Shown here: piece after piece, positions 1-10,559 of the stretch
How the letters are laid out: every line of letters begins with the position of its first letter
Position numbering within the stretch: position 1 is the stretch's first letter
Assembly: GCF_048595345.1 (NCBI RefSeq)
Contig: NZ_JBMDWH010000173.1
Span: 32,221 to 96,220, forward strand
Direction of reading: 5' to 3'
Source of the DNA: Bosea sp. (in: a-proteobacteria)
GTDB lineage: Bacteria; Pseudomonadota; Alphaproteobacteria; Rhizobiales; Beijerinckiaceae
DNA: 64,000 bases
Position numbers and translations under genes: made by a program
Notes under the pieces: model-generated
The model's input: only the letters and a program-made list of their open reading frames with translations
Told to the model about the DNA's origin: nothing
Database searches by the model: none

Positions 1-102
1 GGAACGAGAACGGACCGGCGCCTTAGTCAGCGGACCGATCCTGACGAAGAGCGAGGGCCCTGTCCATGAGGCCGGGCCGGTCCATAGCGCCGGCCCCGAG
101 CC

Positions 103-735
103 TCAGCCCGCCGCTCGGCCCGGCTCCACAACCGGGTGATGCGGCACGCTCTCGCGCCCCAGGGCGCCCTTCAGCCGCGGATCGTCGTCGACCTCGACCC
201 CGCGCTTGAACACGCTGAAGCCGGAGCGCTGGTAGAACTCGACCGCGCCCTGATGGTCGATCGTGCAGGTATGGACCCAGAAGCGCCGGATCGGCGCGGC
301 CCAGGCGAGCTCCAGCGCCCGGTTCATCAGCCAGCGCCCGGCGCCCTTGCCCAGCACGGGCTCGTCGATGCCGAAAAAGGCGAGTTCGCATTCTCCGGCG
401 ACGCGGAAATCCAGCTCCAGCAGGCCGGCATCGCAGCCCTCCCACCGGAGCACATAGAGCGCGACGGCCGGATCGGTCAGGATCGATTCGAGCTGAACCC
501 TCGGCATCACGAGGCGGCTGAACCACATCCAGCGCTCGCCCAGCACCCTGTAGATCGCGAGATAGCGCTCGGTCTGGCTGCCGCTCAGCCGCTCGAGGGA
601 CAGCTCCTCCGTGCCGGGCGGATCGGCTTTGACCGGCGGCCGGGCCGTCATCTCCAGCGAAGTCACGATCGCCGCGATCTTGCCGGGCGGCAGATCGGTC
701 GTTCCGGTCAGGGTAATGGTCAGGGTGCCGCTCAT
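103..735 (-). CDS. GNAT-family N-acetyltransferase
   Basis: ORF 103..813(-). The C-terminal half carries a GNAT acetyl-CoA-binding signature (FGIDEPVLGKGAGRWLMNRALELAW ... AVEFYQRSGF). Start trimmed to the internal ATG (MSGTLTITL) because the upstream extension is Arg/His-rich and looks non-coding. Confidence 0.7.
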   Translation of the reverse strand: MSGTLTITLTGTTDLPPGKIAAIVTSLEMTARPPVKADPPGTEELSLERLSGSQTERYLAIYRVLGERWMWFSRLVMPRVQLESILTDPAVALYVLRWEGCDAGLLELDFRVAGECELAFFGIDEPVLGKGAGRWLMNRALELAWAAPIRRFWVHTCTIDHQGAVEFYQRSGFSVFKRGVEVDDDPRLKGALGRESVPHHPVVEPGRAAG

Positions 736-804
736 GCCATCATCGTCCGAATGGAAAATCCGGCCGCGATGATGACATGATCGGCGCCGAAAGGTCAGGG
801 TGCG

Positions 805-1206
805 ATGATGCATGCCGGTCCCTCACATCCGCAGCCGAGCCGCAACCCCCGGCCGGGCCGTGTCCTGCTCGCGCTGCTGGTCATGCTCGCGGCGGTGATG
901 CCGCATCTGACGCTGCTCGCCGCCCCCGGTCTCGCAACGCCCCGCCCCGCCTCGTCGGGAATGTCGCACCATGCGCCCGCGTCCCTCGCGCCCTGCCACG
1001 ATTCCGGTACCGACCGGGCCCTTCCGCCCAAGGCACCGGCGTGCTGCGTCGCAGCCTGCACGCTCTTGCCGGCGCCGGTCTCGATCGCGCTGCCCGCGCG
1101 CCTCATCGTCTGGGAGCCCTGGCGGGAGGCCGAAAGACCGCCGGGCGCCGGCCTCTCGCCGGAGCCGGCCAAGCCCCCACCCCGAACGGAACAGCTCCGC
1201 GCCTGA
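805..1206 (+). CDS. hypothetical exported/membrane protein with His and Cys clusters
   Basis: ORF 805..1206 shows strong G/C third-position bias in this frame. It has a hydrophobic N-terminal segment (LLALLVMLAAVM) and the motifs MSHH, PCHD and ACCVAAC. It lies directly upstream of a DUF305 gene. No family recognised. Confidence 0.4.
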   Translation: MMHAGPSHPQPSRNPRPGRVLLALLVMLAAVMPHLTLLAAPGLATPRPASSGMSHHAPASLAPCHDSGTDRALPPKAPACCVAACTLLPAPVSIALPARLIVWEPWREAERPPGAGLSPEPAKPPPRTEQLRA

Positions 1207-1277
1207 ACCCGTTCCCGACGAAGCCGCCGGCCAGCCGAGGCGCCCGGCCACGTCGCTCATTTTAAAGGATTGCCACG

Positions 1278-1652
1278 ATGAACCGTTATGTTTCGCAGAC
1301 CGCCGCCCTGGTGCTCGGGCTCTGCCTCGCCGCCCCCGCTTTCGCCCAACAGGGCCATCAGCACGGCGCGGCTCCGGCCTCCCGCACCAAGGCCGAGACA
1401 GCCTCCACACAGGCCTACAAGGCCGCGAACATGAAGATGCACAAGGACATGGACATCGCCTATTCCGGCGATGCCGATGTCGATTTCCTGCGCGGGATGA
1501 TCCCGCATCATCAGGGTGCGATCGAGATGGCGAAGATCGTTCTCAGCCATGGCAAGGACCCCGAGGTTCGCAAGCTCGCCGAAGCCATCGTCCGCGACCA
1601 GGAGAAGGAGGTCGCGATGATGCGCGAGATGCTGAAGAAGCTCGGCAAGTAG
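1278..1652 (+). CDS. DUF305-domain periplasmic protein (metal-homeostasis associated)
   Basis: Signal peptide ending AFAQQ. Carries the DUF305 signature DVDFLRGMIPHHQGAIEMAK ... LAEAIVRDQEKEVAMMREML. Confidence 0.8.
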   Translation: MNRYVSQTAALVLGLCLAAPAFAQQGHQHGAAPASRTKAETASTQAYKAANMKMHKDMDIAYSGDADVDFLRGMIPHHQGAIEMAKIVLSHGKDPEVRKLAEAIVRDQEKEVAMMREMLKKLGK

Positions 1653-1664
1653 CCGCCGCACCAG

Positions 1665-1695
1665 AGGCCGGCAGCGGCGACGCCGCCGGCCTTTC
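1665..1695 (+). terminator. candidate stem-loop terminator after the DUF305 gene
   Basis: AGGCCGGC-12 nt-GCCGGCCT followed by TTT. The T-tract is short, so the call is weak. Confidence 0.35.
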
Positions 1696-1908
1696 GCCGC
1701 TTGCGCCCCGCTCCGGCGACTGGCAAGACGGCTCTTTAAGGTTCGCGCCGCTAAAGCATCGGACCGGGAAGCGGGACCCGCTTGCCGGAAACATCCGGCG
1801 CCTCGGCACAGGCTGGATCATCGCAATCGCGTCCTTGCGGACACGCGATGGTCCAGCGTGACGACGTGGGCCGCACGCCCCTCACGCTGCAGCGAAGCCC
1901 CGCGCCCG

Positions 1909-2946
1909 ATGAAACGCTATCTCGACTATCTCTGGCCGATCATCGGGCTCGTCGCGGTGGTCTGGTCGGTCGAACTGCTCTGGGACAAGCTGAAGTCCGA
2001 GGCAGGCTCGGATGCTGCCGTCGAGGCGCTGCTGCAGAACGCCAATCTCTGGCAGAGCATCAAGATCATCGCCCAGCGCATCGGCCACAAGATCGCGGTG
2101 ATCCCGCCCGACGCCTTCTTCCATGCCGCACTGGCCACGCTCGTCGCCTACGCCGCCCTCGCCTGGTACGACCGCATCGCCCTGATGCATCTGGGCAAGG
2201 CCAAGGGCATTTCCTGGTTCTACATCTCGCTGTGCTCCTTCGTGACCTACGCGCTCTCGCACAATATCGGCGCCTCGGTGTTCTCGGGCGGCATGGTGCG
2301 GTTCCGCGCCTACACGGCGAAGGGGTTGAATGCGGCCGAAGTCGCGGTGCTGATCGCGCTGTGCTCCTTCACCTTCGCCTTCGGCACCCTGCTGCTGATG
2401 GGGATCGTGCTCATCTACGAACCCGAGATCCTGCGGCCCCTGACGCGCATGTCGAAATGGTTCGCCATCGGCGACGGCACAGCGCGGATGATCGGCGTCG
2501 GCATGCTCGCCTTCGTGGCGCTCTACACGCTGGGATCCTGGCTGAAGTTCAGGCCTCTGAAGATCGGCAAGTTCGAAGTCATCTATCCGCGCCTGCCGAT
2601 CGTCGCGCGGCAATATCTGGCCGCGCCGCTGGAGCTGGCGGGCGCGGCCGGCATCATCTATTTCGCCCTGCCTGAGCAGGGCAATCCCGGCTTCATGATC
2701 GTGCTCGGCGCCTTCCTGCTCTCCTTCTCGGCCGGGCTTCTGAGCCAGGTCCCGGGCGGGGTCGGCGTGATGGAGGCGGTGTTCCTCGCCGTGATGCCGG
2801 GCATGCCGGCCCCCGCCGTCTTCGCCGCGCTGCTGATCTGGCGGCTGTTCTACCTCATCATTCCGCTGGTGATCTCCCTGCCCATCGTGATCGCCTTCGA
2901 ACGCGCGCAGCTCAAGCGCAGCACCCGCATCGCGCCAGCTCCGTAG
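1909..2946 (+). CDS. UPF0104 (lysyl-phosphatidylglycerol-synthase-TM-like) integral membrane protein
   Basis: ORF 1858..2946 with start moved to MKRYLDYLWPIIG. Multi-pass membrane protein with typical UPF0104 segments (WYDRIALMHLGK, SHNIGASVFSGGMVRFRAY). Confidence 0.7.
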   Translation: MKRYLDYLWPIIGLVAVVWSVELLWDKLKSEAGSDAAVEALLQNANLWQSIKIIAQRIGHKIAVIPPDAFFHAALATLVAYAALAWYDRIALMHLGKAKGISWFYISLCSFVTYALSHNIGASVFSGGMVRFRAYTAKGLNAAEVAVLIALCSFTFAFGTLLLMGIVLIYEPEILRPLTRMSKWFAIGDGTARMIGVGMLAFVALYTLGSWLKFRPLKIGKFEVIYPRLPIVARQYLAAPLELAGAAGIIYFALPEQGNPGFMIVLGAFLLSFSAGLLSQVPGGVGVMEAVFLAVMPGMPAPAVFAALLIWRLFYLIIPLVISLPIVIAFERAQLKRSTRIAPAP

Positions 2947-2965
2947 CAGGAGCCGTCATCGCGGG

Positions 2966-3871
2966 TTACGCGCGCTCCCGCCCAGGCCGCTTCAGCGCGA
3001 TCGCGGCGGCGCCGAACATCAGCAGCGCCCCCACCGCCTCCGACCAGCCGAACGGCTCCGACAGCGCCGCGACACCGACCGCCACCGCGATCGCCGGGCT
3101 GACGAAGGCATAGAGCCCCGCCCGGAAGGCGCCCCAGTCGCGCAGCAGCCGCATATAGATGGTGAAGCCCATCAGCGAGCCGCCGATGATCAGGAAGATC
3201 ACGGCCGGCAATACGGGCCATGTCATCAGTCTGGCGAGATCGGCGCTGGTGACCGGCTCCAGCGCCAGCGACACCGCCGTCAATCCGATGCCGCCGATCA
3301 GCGTCTGCCAGCCGGCGAGCGTGAGCGTCGGCATCGCGCCCGCGATCGGCCGCGCCAGCACCGCCCCCGTGCAATAGAGCAGCGTGCCGGCCGCGACGGC
3401 CGCGAGCGCCAGCGCCTCCAGCGGATCGCCCTGCGCCGAGGAGAGGCCGCCAAGCGCCCGCGTCGCGAACAGGAAGGCGAGCCCGACCGTGCCCAGCCCG
3501 ATCGCCACGAGCTTGCGCCCGTCGATCGGCTCCCCCGCGATGGCGCGGCTCGCCAGCAGTGTGAAGATCGGGATCGTCGCGAAATTGACGATGGCGGCGA
3601 GGCCGCTGGGGGCGTGGGCGGTGCCCCAGAACAGCAGCGTGTAATTGCCGGTGTTGAGCAGCAGCGCCGTCACGATCAGCCGCGGCCAAGCGCCGGCCGG
3701 CACCTTGCCGACATCGCGCCCGGCCCAGAGCAGCATCAGCAGCCCGGCCAGCGAGAACCGCGCTGCGGCCAGGAACACCGGCGGCACATGCGCTGCGCCC
3801 ACCTTGACCGGCAGCCAGGTCAGGCCCCAGACCAGGCACATCACGGCGAACAGGGCGGCGTTGCGGCTCAT
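2966..3871 (-). CDS. EamA/DMT-family transporter
   Basis: 301 aa with ten hydrophobic segments and a duplicated EamA-like layout (FAVMCLVWGLTWLPVK ...). Confidence 0.8.
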   Translation of the reverse strand: MSRNAALFAVMCLVWGLTWLPVKVGAAHVPPVFLAAARFSLAGLLMLLWAGRDVGKVPAGAWPRLIVTALLLNTGNYTLLFWGTAHAPSGLAAIVNFATIPIFTLLASRAIAGEPIDGRKLVAIGLGTVGLAFLFATRALGGLSSAQGDPLEALALAAVAAGTLLYCTGAVLARPIAGAMPTLTLAGWQTLIGGIGLTAVSLALEPVTSADLARLMTWPVLPAVIFLIIGGSLMGFTIYMRLLRDWGAFRAGLYAFVSPAIAVAVGVAALSEPFGWSEAVGALLMFGAAAIALKRPGRERA

Positions 3872-3936
3872 GCCTCGGGCTTAGCCCTGCGCCTGGCCGA
3901 TGACCATTGCGCGGCGGGCATCCGGGGGGCGTGGAA

Positions 3937-6069
3937 TCAGACGCTACCGACGTTGCGCAGCCTCACGCGCGGGTGGATCTCCGCCTGCGACAGCACCGGC
4001 GTCTCCCGGCGGAACCGCTCGATGATCTGGCGGGCGAAGGGCCGCGCAAGGCCGGAGGTGACCAGCGCCGGCATCTCGCCCATGCGCGCCGCGTCCTCAA
4101 AGCGCTCGCGGACATGGCGCACGAAATCCTGCAGGCGGGAGGGCTGCATCGCCAGATGACGGTCCTCGCCCTGGCCAATGACGGATTCGGCGAAGACGCT
4201 TTCCCAGGCCGGCGAGAGGGTGATGATCGGCAGCGTGCCGTTGGCGTCCGAGAACTGGGCGCAGATCTGGCGCGCGAGGCGGGCCCGGACATGCTCGGCG
4301 ATGTCGCGCGGGTTCTTCACGCCGCCGGCGACCTCCGCGATCCCTTCGATGATGGTCGGCAGGTCGCGGATCGAGACGCGCTCGCCCAGCAGCAATTGCA
4401 GCACGCGCTGGATGCCCGTGGTCGAGATCTGCATCGGCACGATCTCCTTGACGAGATCGGCATGGTCCTTCGGCAGTTCGCGCAGCAGCTTCTGCACCTC
4501 GCCATGCGAGAGCAGCTCCGGCATGTTCGACTTCAGCACCTCGGTGAGATGCGTCGAGATCACGGTCGCCGCGTCCACCACCGTGTAGCCACGCAGCTGG
4601 GCCTCGTCCTGCAGCGCCCCGTCGATCCAGGTCGCGGGCAGGCCGAAGGTCGGCTCCAGCACGTTGTGGCCCGGCAGGTTGACCGTGCCGCCCATCGGGT
4701 CCATCGCCATGTACTGGCCGGCATAGACGATGCCGTGCCCGGCATCGATCTCCTTGATCTTGATGTAGTAGTGGTTCGACTCGAGCTGGACATTGTCGAC
4801 GATGCGCACGGCCGGCATCACGAAGCCCAGCTCGGCCGCCAGTTGGCGCCGCAGCGCCCGCACCTGGTCGGTCAGCCGGTCCTGCCCGCTCGTCGAGTTG
4901 ACCAGCGGCAGCAGGGCGTAGCCGATCTCGATCTTGAGCTCATCCATCTTGAGCAGATCGTTCAGCGTCTCCTCGCGGGCCGAGCCGTCTGCCGCGGTGC
5001 CGCCGCCGGCCTGGGCCGCGCCGGGCGCGGTGGCCGCAGCCGCCTCCTTCTCCTTCGCCAACCGGCCGAAGCGACGGGCGAGGTAACCCGCCCCGCCCGC
5101 GAGCGCGAGGAACGGCAGCATCGGAATGCCCGGCAGCAGCGCGATCAGCAGCATCACCGCCGCCGACATGCCGAGCGCCTTGGGATAGCCGGAGAGCTGC
5201 TGGCCGAGCGCCTTGTCGGCCGCGCCGCGCACGCCGGCCTTCGAGACCAGCAGGCCGGCCGCGGTCGAGACGATCAGCGCCGGGATCTGGCTGACGAGGC
5301 CGTCGCCGATCGTCAGCTGGGTGTAGTTGGTGGCCGCCTGTCCAAAGCTCAGCCCCTGCTGCGCGACGCCGATGACGATGCCGCCGAGCACGTTGATGAA
5401 GGTGATCAGCAGGCCGGCGATGGCATCGCCGCGCACGAATTTGGAAGCACCGTCCATCGAGCCGAAGAAGGCCGATTCGTCTTCTAGCGCGCGGCGCCGC
5501 GACTTTGCCGTGTCCTGGTCGATCAGGCCGGCGGAGAGATCGGCGTCGATCGCCATCTGCTTGCCGGGCATCGCGTCGAGGGAGAAGCGCGCCGCGACTT
5601 CGGCGATGCGGCCGGAGCCCTTTGTGATGACGATGAAGTTCACGATCAGCAGGATCGTGAACACGATCACGCCGATCACGAAATTGCCGCCCATGACGAA
5701 GCCGGCAAAGGCTTCGATGACATGGCCGGCGGCCGCCGTGCCCTCATGCCCATGCGCCAGGATAAGGCGCGTCGAGGCGAGGTTCAGGGCCAGCCGGAAC
5801 ATGGTGACGATGAGCAGCACCGTCGGAAAGGACGAGAACTCCAGCGGCTCCTCGATGAACAGCGCCGTCATCAGCACCAGCACCGAGACGATGATGGAGA
5901 GCGCCAGCATCAGATCCAGCAGGATCGCCGGCATCGGGAAGATGAGCACCACCAGGATGCCCATGACGCCCGCCGCCAGGAACAGGTCCGGCCGGCTCAA
6001 CATCTTGGCGAGCCCGCCCCGGCTCGGCATGCCGAACCCGCCCGCCTGCCCTGCCGTCACATCGGTCAT
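3937..6069 (-). CDS. flhA: flagellar type III export protein FlhA
   Basis: 710 aa with canonical FlhA motifs (FPTVLLIVTMFRLALNLASTRLIL, ITKGSGRIAEVAARFSLDAMPGKQMAIDADL, FVRGDAIAGL). Confidence 0.95.
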   Translation of the reverse strand: MTDVTAGQAGGFGMPSRGGLAKMLSRPDLFLAAGVMGILVVLIFPMPAILLDLMLALSIIVSVLVLMTALFIEEPLEFSSFPTVLLIVTMFRLALNLASTRLILAHGHEGTAAAGHVIEAFAGFVMGGNFVIGVIVFTILLIVNFIVITKGSGRIAEVAARFSLDAMPGKQMAIDADLSAGLIDQDTAKSRRRALEDESAFFGSMDGASKFVRGDAIAGLLITFINVLGGIVIGVAQQGLSFGQAATNYTQLTIGDGLVSQIPALIVSTAAGLLVSKAGVRGAADKALGQQLSGYPKALGMSAAVMLLIALLPGIPMLPFLALAGGAGYLARRFGRLAKEKEAAAATAPGAAQAGGGTAADGSAREETLNDLLKMDELKIEIGYALLPLVNSTSGQDRLTDQVRALRRQLAAELGFVMPAVRIVDNVQLESNHYYIKIKEIDAGHGIVYAGQYMAMDPMGGTVNLPGHNVLEPTFGLPATWIDGALQDEAQLRGYTVVDAATVISTHLTEVLKSNMPELLSHGEVQKLLRELPKDHADLVKEIVPMQISTTGIQRVLQLLLGERVSIRDLPTIIEGIAEVAGGVKNPRDIAEHVRARLARQICAQFSDANGTLPIITLSPAWESVFAESVIGQGEDRHLAMQPSRLQDFVRHVRERFEDAARMGEMPALVTSGLARPFARQIIERFRRETPVLSQAEIHPRVRLRNVGSV

Positions 6070-6142
6070 CGACCGCCTCGTCCCTGGCCATGCCGCGGCA
6101 GACCTGGAACGGTCGCCGAGCTCGGCAATTCTTGCCGGGTTT

Positions 6143-6161
6143 ATGGTGAACGAGTGGTTAA
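6143..6161 (-). promoter_or_regulatory. CtrA-type box upstream of flhA (TTAACCACTCGTTCACCAT on the minus strand)
   Basis: TTAA-N7-TTCA followed by CCAT, ending 74 nt upstream of the flhA ATG. It matches 14/19 positions of a box at the same distance from fliF. Confidence 0.5.
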
Positions 6162-6284
6162 GATCGGCGCCATCCCCGCGCCGGCCGGAACCTTTGCCGC
6201 CGGGCTCCGGTTGTCGAGAGCCGACAGAGGCCCGGCGCCGCCGGGTCGCAAACGTGCCGCCGGCACGGACGGATCGGGGGAACC

Positions 6285-7721
6285 GTGCGAAACGCGCAGC
6301 CAGCCGCCATCATCGAAACCGACGTCCCCGCGCGGCTCGACAGGCTGCCCTGGTCGCGCTTCCACACGATGGTCGTGGCCGCTCTGGGAATCACCTGGAT
6401 TCTCGACGGGCTGGAGGTGACGCTGGCGGGAGCCGTATCGGGCGCGCTGAAGGAAAGCCCCGTCCTGAGATTCACCAATACCGAGGTGGGTCTGGCGGGA
6501 GCGGCCTATATCGCCGGCGCCGTTCTCGGCGCGGTCGTCTTCGGCTGGCTGACCGACCGGCTCGGCCGCAAGAAGCTCTTCACCATCACGCTGCTGGTCT
6601 ATCTGGCGGCCGCCGCCGCGACGGCCTTCTCCTGGAACCTGTGGAGCTTCCTGATCTTCCGCTTCCTCACCGGCATGGGGATCGGCGGCGAATACACCGC
6701 CATCAACTCGACGATTCAGGAACTGATCCCGGCCCGCATGCGCGGCTGGACCGATCTGGTGATCAACGGCTCCTTCTGGGTCGGCGCAGCGATCGGCGCC
6801 GTGGGGGCGATCGTGCTGCTCGACCCGGCGCATATCGACCCCGAACATGGCTGGCGCCTCGCCTTCTTCATCGGCGCGGCGCTGGGGCTGGTCATTCTCC
6901 TGCTGCGGCAATTCCTGCCCGAAAGCCCGCGCTGGCTGATCAGCCACGGCCGGCCCGAAGAGGCTGCCGCTATCGTCGCCGAGATCGAAAGGCGGGCTGG
7001 CTTCACGCCTCCGGCCGGTGAGCGGCTGGCCATGACGCGGCTACGTCCGCGCGCCGCCACCCCGCTCGGCGAGGTGGCGCGGGCGCTGTTCGTCGTCCAC
7101 CGCGGCCGGGCGCTGGTCGGGCTGACGCTGATGGTGGCGCAGGCCTTCTTCTACAATGCGATCTTCTTCACCTATGCGCTGATCCTCACCGATTTCTACA
7201 ACGTGCCCTCGGCCTCGATCGGCTGGTTCATCCTGCCCTTCGCCGCCGGCAATTTTCTCGGCCCCCTGCTGCTCGGCCGCCTCTTCGACACGGTCGGCCG
7301 ACGCAGCATGATCGCGGCGACCTATGCGCTCTCGGGCGTCCTGCTGACCGGCACCGGCTATCTGTTCTGGCGCGACCTGCTGACGGCGGGCCAGCTTACC
7401 GCCTGCTGGAGCGTCGTCTTCTTCTTCGCCTCCGCCGCGGCGAGCTCGGCCTATCTCACGGTCTCGGAAACCTTCCCGGTCGAGATGCGCGCGCTCGCCA
7501 TCGCCTTGTTCTACGCGGTGGGCACCGGCGCGGGCGGTGTCGCCGGCCCCTGGATCTTTGGCGCGCTGATCGACACCGGCTCTCGCGCCAGCGTTTTCGG
7601 CGGCTATCTGTTCGGCGCGCTGCTGATGCTGATCGCGGCTTTCGTCGCCGCGCGCTTCGCCGTCAGGGCGGAACGTCAGCCGCTGGAGGCGGTGGCGCGG
7701 CCTCTGACAGCCGTGGATTGA
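6285..7721 (+). CDS. MFS transporter (metabolite/sugar porter-like)
   Basis: 478 aa with 12 predicted TM segments and the MFS loop motif GWLTDRLGRKK. GTG start as given in the ORF track. Confidence 0.85.
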   Translation: MRNAQPAAIIETDVPARLDRLPWSRFHTMVVAALGITWILDGLEVTLAGAVSGALKESPVLRFTNTEVGLAGAAYIAGAVLGAVVFGWLTDRLGRKKLFTITLLVYLAAAAATAFSWNLWSFLIFRFLTGMGIGGEYTAINSTIQELIPARMRGWTDLVINGSFWVGAAIGAVGAIVLLDPAHIDPEHGWRLAFFIGAALGLVILLLRQFLPESPRWLISHGRPEEAAAIVAEIERRAGFTPPAGERLAMTRLRPRAATPLGEVARALFVVHRGRALVGLTLMVAQAFFYNAIFFTYALILTDFYNVPSASIGWFILPFAAGNFLGPLLLGRLFDTVGRRSMIAATYALSGVLLTGTGYLFWRDLLTAGQLTACWSVVFFFASAAASSAYLTVSETFPVEMRALAIALFYAVGTGAGGVAGPWIFGALIDTGSRASVFGGYLFGALLMLIAAFVAARFAVRAERQPLEAVARPLTAVD

Positions 7722-7832
7722 TGCGCCTTCACCACGTTGCCTCGTACCGGGTGGAACAAGAGCCTCGCCGCGTGCATTATGATGAGCCCGCCCTATGATC
7801 GCGGGATTGGTGGAAACAGTCTGGAGGTCGTC

Positions 7833-8165
7833 GTGGACAGACGCTCATTCCTGATGACGCTGGTCGGGGGCCTCGCGGCTGCCGGCATGGGCGGCATCGC
7901 CGCTGCCGAAGCAGCCCAGCCCAAGGTAGCCCCGCCCGCGCCGGCCCCGCAGCCGGAACCCGCTCAGCCCAAAGGCGACGAGGCAGTGACGGCGGAGATG
8001 AAGGAGGCGCTGGACAAGACCGACGCCGAGTTCAGCCAGTACTACTATTATCGCCGGCCGCGTTATTATGCTCGCCCGCGCCCCTATTACCGGCCGCGGC
8101 CCTATTACCGTCCGCGCTATTATTACCGCCCCCGGCCGCGCTATTATCGCCGCCGCTACTGGTAA
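7833..8165 (+). CDS. Tat-signal small protein with a Tyr/Arg/Pro-only C-terminal tail
   Basis: GGAGG lies 5 nt before the GTG at 7833. The N-terminus (M)DRRSFLMTLVGGLAAAGMGGIAAAEA-AQ is a twin-arginine signal with an AxA site. The last 41 residues (8040..8162) are 16 Y, 15 R, 8 P, 1 A and 1 W. Confidence 0.6.
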   Translation: MDRRSFLMTLVGGLAAAGMGGIAAAEAAQPKVAPPAPAPQPEPAQPKGDEAVTAEMKEALDKTDAEFSQYYYYRRPRYYARPRPYYRPRPYYRPRYYYRPRPRYYRRRYW

Positions 8166-8184
8166 AATCGGATGACGGGCCGGG

Positions 8185-9549
<1,365 letters not shown>

Positions 9550-9593
9550 GGCTCAGGTCCTTGTGCGTGAAAGGAGGATCGGCGCAGCGCGCA

Positions 9594-9944
9594 TCAGCGA
9601 TCCGCCTTGATGATTTCAGTCATGGTCACGCCAAGGCGGTCCTCGACGACCACGACCTCGCCGCGCGCCACCAGCCGCTCGTTGACGAAGATGTCGATCG
9701 CCTCGCCGACGCGCCGGTCGAGCTCCAGGATCGTGCCGGGCACGATCTGCAGCAGGTCGCCGACTGCGACCTTGGAGGAGCCGAGCACCGCCGAGACCGT
9801 CACGGGCACGTCGAAGACCTGCTCGAGATCCTCGGCCGTCTTGACCGGCACCGGGCCGGAGCGCGCGACCGATCCCTCCCCCATGTCGAAAGACAGGTCG
9901 GCCTGGTTCAGCGGAGGCAGATTGATGTCGTTGTCCTGGCTCAT
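9594..9944 (-). CDS. fliN: flagellar motor switch protein FliN
   Basis: 116 aa with the SpoA/FliN C-terminal domain (VPVTVSAVLGSSKVAVGDLLQIVPGTILELDRRVGEAIDIFVNERLVARGEVVVV). Confidence 0.9.
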   Translation of the reverse strand: MSQDNDINLPPLNQADLSFDMGEGSVARSGPVPVKTAEDLEQVFDVPVTVSAVLGSSKVAVGDLLQIVPGTILELDRRVGEAIDIFVNERLVARGEVVVVEDRLGVTMTEIIKADR

Positions 9945-9955
9945 GACTCAGACTT

Positions 9956-10558
9956 TCAATGGCCCGCCATGCCGGAGGCGGCATGGGCGGGAAACACCTC
10001 TGCGACGGCGGTCTGGATGAGGCCGGTGAGGCGGTCGCGATCCATCACGAAACCGCCCTCGGCCCATTCGATGCGCCCATCGCCCGGCATGATGTCCGGC
10101 TCGCCGAGCACGATCAGCCGGCCGGCGAAGCCGGTTTCCAGCGTCAGCCGCTTCACCAGCGTCTCGGCCGCCTCGACCATCGCTTCATTGACACGCACCA
10201 CCAGATGCGGGGCCTGGCGGGCATGGCTCAGGCATTCGCGCACCGCGTCGCCCAGCAGGGCGAGCGGCTTTTCGGCGAGCGCCGCGCCGGCGAGCGCCTG
10301 CGCCGTGGCGATGGCGAGCTGCGCCGCCTGCTCCTCGATGGCCGCGACCCGCGCCTCCTCCATCGCGAAGAGGCGCTCGGCCGAGCGCGCGATCTGCACG
10401 GCGAGGCCGGCGACCTGTCCCTCCGCCTCCTGGCGCCCCTGCTCCAGCCCCTGGCGAAAACCCTCGACTCGGGCGGCGGCGAGATCGGCCTCGCCGGCGG
10501 CCTTGCGGCCGCCTTCGCGAAAATCCGTCCCGAACATGAATTTCGTCGCCGCTGCCAT
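9956..10558 (-). CDS. FliH-like flagellar assembly protein (FlbE position of the Caulobacter fliF operon)
   Basis: 200 aa, Ala/Glu-rich coiled N-terminal half, located between fliG and fliN. Confidence 0.65.
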   Translation of the reverse strand: MAAATKFMFGTDFREGGRKAAGEADLAAARVEGFRQGLEQGRQEAEGQVAGLAVQIARSAERLFAMEEARVAAIEEQAAQLAIATAQALAGAALAEKPLALLGDAVRECLSHARQAPHLVVRVNEAMVEAAETLVKRLTLETGFAGRLIVLGEPDIMPGDGRIEWAEGGFVMDRDRLTGLIQTAVAEVFPAHAASGMAGH

Positions 10559-10559
10559 G

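Noticed and set aside
1-102. ORF 23..526(-) and other short ORFs at the left edge.
   Set aside because: They overlap the GNAT gene in other frames with low-complexity translations, and no independent support exists.
3907-5487. 526-aa plus-strand ORF opposite flhA. Similar long antisense ORFs are 9561..11771, 11669..13405, 14495..16393, 16360..18255(-), 19102..20304, 27261..28991, 39075..41072, 43195..45366, 46777..48405, 52748..54043, 54053..55945, 57466..59445 and 62379..63995(-).
   Set aside because: These are shadow ORFs typical of high-GC DNA. Their translations are Arg/Gly/Ala/Asp-rich low-complexity strings without motifs, and each lies opposite a gene with unmistakable family signatures.
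7737-7832. Longer TTG (7737) or ATG (7776) starts for the Y/R/P-tail protein.
   Set aside because: The GTG at 7833 has a near-ideal GGAGG at -5 and places the twin-arginine motif at the very N-terminus, as expected for Tat leaders. The extension has no signal-peptide character.
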